From NCBI GenBank assembly GCA_021399395.1, contig JAAFKJ010000001.1:30165-94164 (forward strand): a stretch of 64,000 bases of DNA, read 5' to 3'. This DNA is from Candidatus Heimdallarchaeota archaeon (GTDB taxonomy: Archaea; Asgardarchaeota; Heimdallarchaeia; Heimdallarchaeales; Heimdallarchaeaceae). The first letter of the stretch is position 1, and the number at the start of each line of letters is the position of its first letter. Positions 60,028 to 64,000 of the stretch are shown here, piece by piece. The notes below the pieces were generated by a model. The model was given only the letters and a program-made list of their open reading frames with translations. It had not been told where the DNA came from and ran no database searches. A program made the translations under genes and the position numbers.

Positions 60028-60918
60028 TTAATATTCCAGATTTCTGGTCATAATCAGAACAATTGTTCCTGGACCAGTATGTGATGTTATAACACCACCA
60101 ATGGTAAATATATCACCAATATTTAATTCTGGATATTTCTCTTTTATCTTCTTAGCATAAGCTTCTGCTTCAGACTTTAATGCAGCTTGAGTAAAATGAA
60201 GTGTGAGTTTACTTAGGTCTTCTTCACCTAAATCCTCTAGCAGCATTTCTAAAATGTTATCAACAGCATTATCAACCCCAGTTACACTTTTTAGAGCCAC
60301 AATTTTTCCATCGTCTAAATGAAGTATAGGAGTCTTTGAAAGAAGTGATCCCAGATAGTATTTTGCTCTACTTAACCTTCCACCATCAAATAACCATCTT
60401 AAGTCTCCAACTGAGAAGTAGAAAAAGCAATCATTTACTCTCCACTCATCCAATTTCTTAACAATGTCTTCAGCAGTCAAACCTTGTTTTGCCAAGCTGG
60501 CAGCCTTTAATACCATCAATCCGAAAGGAGTGCTTGCTGATCTTGTATCATAGATAATGATTTCAGCTCCATCTGGATTAGTACGATCGTACATTTTCTT
60601 AGCCATTCTTGCACTCGCAACTGCACCGCTAATTTCACCCGATATATGCATAGAAATAATCTGATCGTGCTTCTTTCCATGTGTTTCATATGCTTTTAAT
60701 AAATCTGCTTGGGTTGATTGTGATGTAGTAGGATGTTCAGTTGTTTGAGTTAGTTTGGAATAGAATTCGGAAGTTTTGAGGGTTTCTAATTCTTTATACT
60801 CTTCTGTACCAAACATAATTTGCATGGGAACCCATTGAACATTATATTTGTCATATAAAGTCATATCATTAGGAAAATTCAAATCTGCGCTTGTATCACA
60901 TATAATCTTAACAGTCAT
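60028..60918 (-). CDS. degV: DegV family fatty-acid-binding protein (paralog)
   Basis: ICDTSADL, PTTSQ, ISGEISG, GGRL and HTGPG. Confidence 0.93.
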   Translation of the reverse strand: MTVKIICDTSADLNFPNDMTLYDKYNVQWVPMQIMFGTEEYKELETLKTSEFYSKLTQTTEHPTTSQSTQADLLKAYETHGKKHDQIISMHISGEISGAVASARMAKKMYDRTNPDGAEIIIYDTRSASTPFGLMVLKAASLAKQGLTAEDIVKKLDEWRVNDCFFYFSVGDLRWLFDGGRLSRAKYYLGSLLSKTPILHLDDGKIVALKSVTGVDNAVDNILEMLLEDLGEEDLSKLTLHFTQAALKSEAEAYAKKIKEKYPELNIGDIFTIGGVITSHTGPGTIVLIMTRNLEY

Positions 60919-61035
60919 ATCCTTCTACTAAGAACTGGTTTTTTTTAAATATTTGCTAGTTATATCATGAGATAATATTAGCTTCACAGACAAAAGATAC
61001 AGAAGAGCAAAATATTTAAGTTGGCTGTATAGAGC

Positions 61036-61812
61036 ATGTTTAGAAATCTAAGGATTAAGGAATCTATGCAGCTAAGAATCAAAACAAAACTTGCAGTATA
61101 TATTACGATAGCTCTATTTGCTAGTTTAGCTTTAACTCAATCTTCCCATCATAATTCAGTGTTTGCTAATACAGAACAGGAAAAAAGCACACTCAACACT
61201 GATGTTTTACCTAAAACAAGTCCAATAAACGATTCTTTTCTACAGAGACCTATCCTTGATATTGCAAAAACCGTAAATGCAACTACCGTCAATCCTGATG
61301 AGGATGTTTGGATTAGAGTCAATGTAACTCTCAAAAACATTGGTAATGCAACAGCTTACAATTTGACTTCAGTTGATCCCGATTTTGGAGATTGGGCAAT
61401 TTCTAGTTTAAATGTTACTCAACAGAAATGGGTTATTGTGGAGGTAAATGCAACAACTTACTATTTTTACTATTTCAAACCATTAGTTGAAGGTAATTTT
61501 ACGATAGAGCCAACAGATATTGTTTATGTTGACATAAACGGTACTGAATATCATGCGCAATCTCAGAGATTTGTTATCCTTTCTATCAAACCAGAAAGCC
61601 TTGAAGTTATTGATGCAGAATTATGGTTGAATATCCTATATTACAGTATCATAATTGCTGGAGCTCTAGGTGCCATTGTCTTGTTTGATCTCTTTGTACT
61701 TAAACGACCTAAGGACGTCAAAAAGACCAAAGTAAAAGTAGTTAAGAAGAAAGCCACCTCAACTCAACAGAGCAAAAAACAGATTAAGAAGAAGACCAAG
61801 AAGAGAAGGTAA
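61036..61812 (+). CDS. Translocon-associated protein beta (TRAP-beta/SSR2)-like membrane protein
   Basis: Signal peptide; Ig-like domain (NIGNATAYNLTSVDPDF, KW, KPLVEGNFT...IVY); single TM; Lys-rich tail. Confidence 0.7.
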   Translation: MFRNLRIKESMQLRIKTKLAVYITIALFASLALTQSSHHNSVFANTEQEKSTLNTDVLPKTSPINDSFLQRPILDIAKTVNATTVNPDEDVWIRVNVTLKNIGNATAYNLTSVDPDFGDWAISSLNVTQQKWVIVEVNATTYYFYYFKPLVEGNFTIEPTDIVYVDINGTEYHAQSQRFVILSIKPESLEVIDAELWLNILYYSIIIAGALGAIVLFDLFVLKRPKDVKKTKVKVVKKKATSTQQSKKQIKKKTKKRR

Positions 61813-61832
61813 TCTTTTCTTTAACAAATCTC

Positions 61833-62340
61833 ATGATGTGGTTTTGTCATCTTGTCATAATAACAAGAAAGTTTAATATCTTTCTTAGAGGTCAGCATAT
61901 AGAAACATGCAACTGTTCTATACTCACTCTGAGCGGATACATCACATATCCTCCTACCCCGTTCACCTTACGCTTGGGTAAGGCTTTCGGATCGCTTTTA
62001 ACTAAAATGTTGTATGCTGCATTAACATCAGCATTAATCAAGTGTCCTCGAGCAGATCTGAACAACCCTCGTTTAACTCTTTTCCCCACATATCTGGTTT
62101 GAGGAGCGTATTCAGGTCATAATAGAATAATAGTTTGTTCTTCTGTTTGAGGGAGGTTTTGATGAGAAAATTTGCGCGATTATAGAGATTTTTGACTTGA
62201 TGACAAAGCTTGCTCAATACTGGATGATAGGATACTTCTACACATTCCACTCGCAAGACTTGGGTCATCGTAAGTTCATCCTTTTTTTCCTATAAAAACT
62301 CCAGTAATATTTTGTTCCATAGGTATGTTCGCACTGATTC
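61833..62340 (-). mobile_element. Non-autonomous IS200/IS605-family remnant (ends approximate)
   Basis: tnpB remnant with hairpins downstream of its stop (minus strand AGAAAG..CTTTCT and TCTTGTT..GACAAGA); no tnpA. Confidence 0.65.
61892..62268 (-). pseudogene. tnpB: Internally deleted, frameshifted IS200/IS605-family tnpB
   Basis: N-terminal LCHQVKNLYNRANF joined out of frame near 62095 to C-terminal GKRVKRGLF...INADVNAAYNI. Confidence 0.88.
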
Positions 62341-62399
62341 TTAGTTCATTTAAGATGATGACAGCATGATAAAAATACTTTAAATATTACTTAATCAAA

Positions 62400-63392
62400 T
62401 TGAGTTTGATGTCATTAAAAGATATTCTTGAGATGGATTTAAAGTACCTTTTAGTAGGTGGAAAAGGAGGAGTAGGCAAAACAAGCGTCGCTTCGTCTCT
62501 AGCTATAGCTTTAGCAGAACATGGACGAAGAGTTCTTATCATCTCAACAGATCCTGCGCATAGTGTTTCAGATTCTTTTGAGATGGATTTTTCCAGCGGT
62601 GAGATTACAAAAGTTAAGGGGGTTGTAGGAGATTTATTTGCTCTTGAAATTAATCCAGCTACAGCAGGTGAAGAATTCTCAAAAGCTATTGGTCAACCTA
62701 TGGGAACAGATCAATTCCCACAATTTGGAGCTATACCTGGTTTAAGTGAATTACAGCAAGGCTTAGGACAGGATTTACAATCAATACCCCCGCCTGGAAT
62801 GGATGAAGCCCTAGCCTTTGGAAAAATACTTGAGTATGCAGAAGATGACAGCTACGACACAATAGTTTTGGATACAGCTCCAACAGGACATACACTAAGA
62901 TTACTCAATATCCCTGAATTTTTAGATTCGTTTTTGGGTAGAATGCTTAAGATGAAAACTTTCCTTTCTAATGCAATGACGATGATGAAATCTCTTTTTG
63001 GTGGTGACCAAGAAAAAGATAGAACTGTAGAAACGTTAGAAGCAATGAAAGAGAAAGTTCTAATTGCTAGAGATAAGCTAATGGATGAAACAAAAACTCA
63101 ATTCGTTAAAGTTCTTATTCCAACAATGATGAGTGTTTTTGAAACAGAAAGATTAGCTGAAGAACTCAATCAACATCTCATACCACATAAGTTCTCTGTT
63201 GTTAATATGATAAATCCCCAAAACAGTGATTGTCCGTATTGTATGCACCGACATAATGAACATCAAAAAAATATCGACTATATTAAGTCAGCTTTTCCTC
63301 TGGATCAAATTACAACCATTGAAGCTTTTGATAGAGAAATAAGAGGAATTGATATGTTAAAAGAGTTCAACTCTAAACTTATCCCTGAGTGA
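62400..63392 (+). CDS. ArsA/GET3 (TRC40) family ATPase
   Basis: GGKGGVGKT, STDPAHS, PGMDEA and DTAPTGHTLRLL; Met-rich insert; CPYC. Confidence 0.92.
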   Translation: MSLMSLKDILEMDLKYLLVGGKGGVGKTSVASSLAIALAEHGRRVLIISTDPAHSVSDSFEMDFSSGEITKVKGVVGDLFALEINPATAGEEFSKAIGQPMGTDQFPQFGAIPGLSELQQGLGQDLQSIPPPGMDEALAFGKILEYAEDDSYDTIVLDTAPTGHTLRLLNIPEFLDSFLGRMLKMKTFLSNAMTMMKSLFGGDQEKDRTVETLEAMKEKVLIARDKLMDETKTQFVKVLIPTMMSVFETERLAEELNQHLIPHKFSVVNMINPQNSDCPYCMHRHNEHQKNIDYIKSAFPLDQITTIEAFDREIRGIDMLKEFNSKLIPE

Positions 63393-63396
63393 TTGT

Positions 63397-64000
63397 ATGA
63401 GTTTGCATTCTGATGCAGTAAAGCTAAGTGAGGATGATTCGAAGATAGCATATGCAGATGCACATTGCCATCTTGTACCTGAATGGTTCACAATGGAAGA
63501 GATAAAAGAAATTGTAGCTGCATCATCCAAAAACAAAGTAGATGTAATTATCAATAGTGCAACCGACCCCGATCATTATGAATTTGGTTTAGAAACAGCT
63601 GAATTTGAAAGTATTTTCTTAACAATAGGAATAGAACCTACTAAAATCACAAATAAAAAGTTCAATGAATTTACTAGTTTCTTCAAAGAACATGAATCAA
63701 GCATAGTTGCAATAGGGGAGATAGGTTTAGATTTTCATTGGATAAAGGAACAAGAACTAAGAGCTGAACAAGAGAAATTTTTCAACATTCTTATCGATTT
63801 TGCTCAAGAAAATGACAAACCAATAGTAATTCACTCGAGAGGTGCTGAAACCAGAGCTATTGAATTACTTAAGCAAAAGGGTGCAGAAGATGTTCTAATG
63901 CATTGTTTTGGGGGGACAGAAGAACAAGCAAGAGAGATTTCCAAATTATCCTGGTATGTCACAGTTCCCACAAGTACTATCTATAGGAAAAACTTCCAAA
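63397..64000 (+). CDS. tatD: TatD family DNase (3' truncated by window)
   Basis: Translated by hand: DAHCHL, AIGEIGLD, PIVIHSR and MHCF. Confidence 0.92.
   Translation, partial: MSLHSDAVKLSEDDSKIAYADAHCHLVPEWFTMEEIKEIVAASSKNKVDVIINSATDPDHYEFGLETAEFESIFLTIGIEPTKITNKKFNEFTSFFKEHESSIVAIGEIGLDFHWIKEQELRAEQEKFFNILIDFAQENDKPIVIHSRGAETRAIELLKQKGAEDVLMHCFGGTEEQAREISKLSWYVTVPTSTIYRKNFQ

Noticed and set aside
1-64000. CRISPR arrays, tRNA, rRNA, prophage or defence island
   Set aside because: No regularly spaced repeats, cloverleafs, rRNA-like segments, integrase or cas genes were seen

Overview
AT-rich, gene-dense archaeal chromosomal window, most consistent with an Asgard (Heimdallarchaeia-like) archaeon. 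This is inferred from the archaeal PurP, type II MetAP and geranylgeranyl reductase, TATA-box promoters, and eukaryote-like RING, TRAP-beta-like and Get3-like proteins. It holds tldD/E, an ABC exporter, a small glycan-modification locus with a sulfotransferase, and fixABCX interrupted by an orphan gene. A roughly 20 kb purine and pyrimidine biosynthesis supercluster carries an HTH-PRTase regulator. Further genes are glpK, map, htpX, two degV, a TRAP-beta-like gene, an internally deleted tnpB, get3/arsA and tatD. The signals not explained by the ORF track are: (1) a palindrome TTGCA-N6-TGCAA found three times, each in a nucleotide-biosynthesis promoter region (candidate operator of the PurR-like regulator); (2) a ~326-nt highly structured, unassigned ncRNA candidate at 52503-52828; (3) a box C/D guide RNA candidate with its own promoter, apparently aimed at the 23S peptidyl-transferase centre; (4) a PurC-PurS fusion, a CTG-initiated purQ, and a pyrF paralog lacking its phosphate-binding residues. 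All protein assignments come from motif recognition by eye; no database searches were run.
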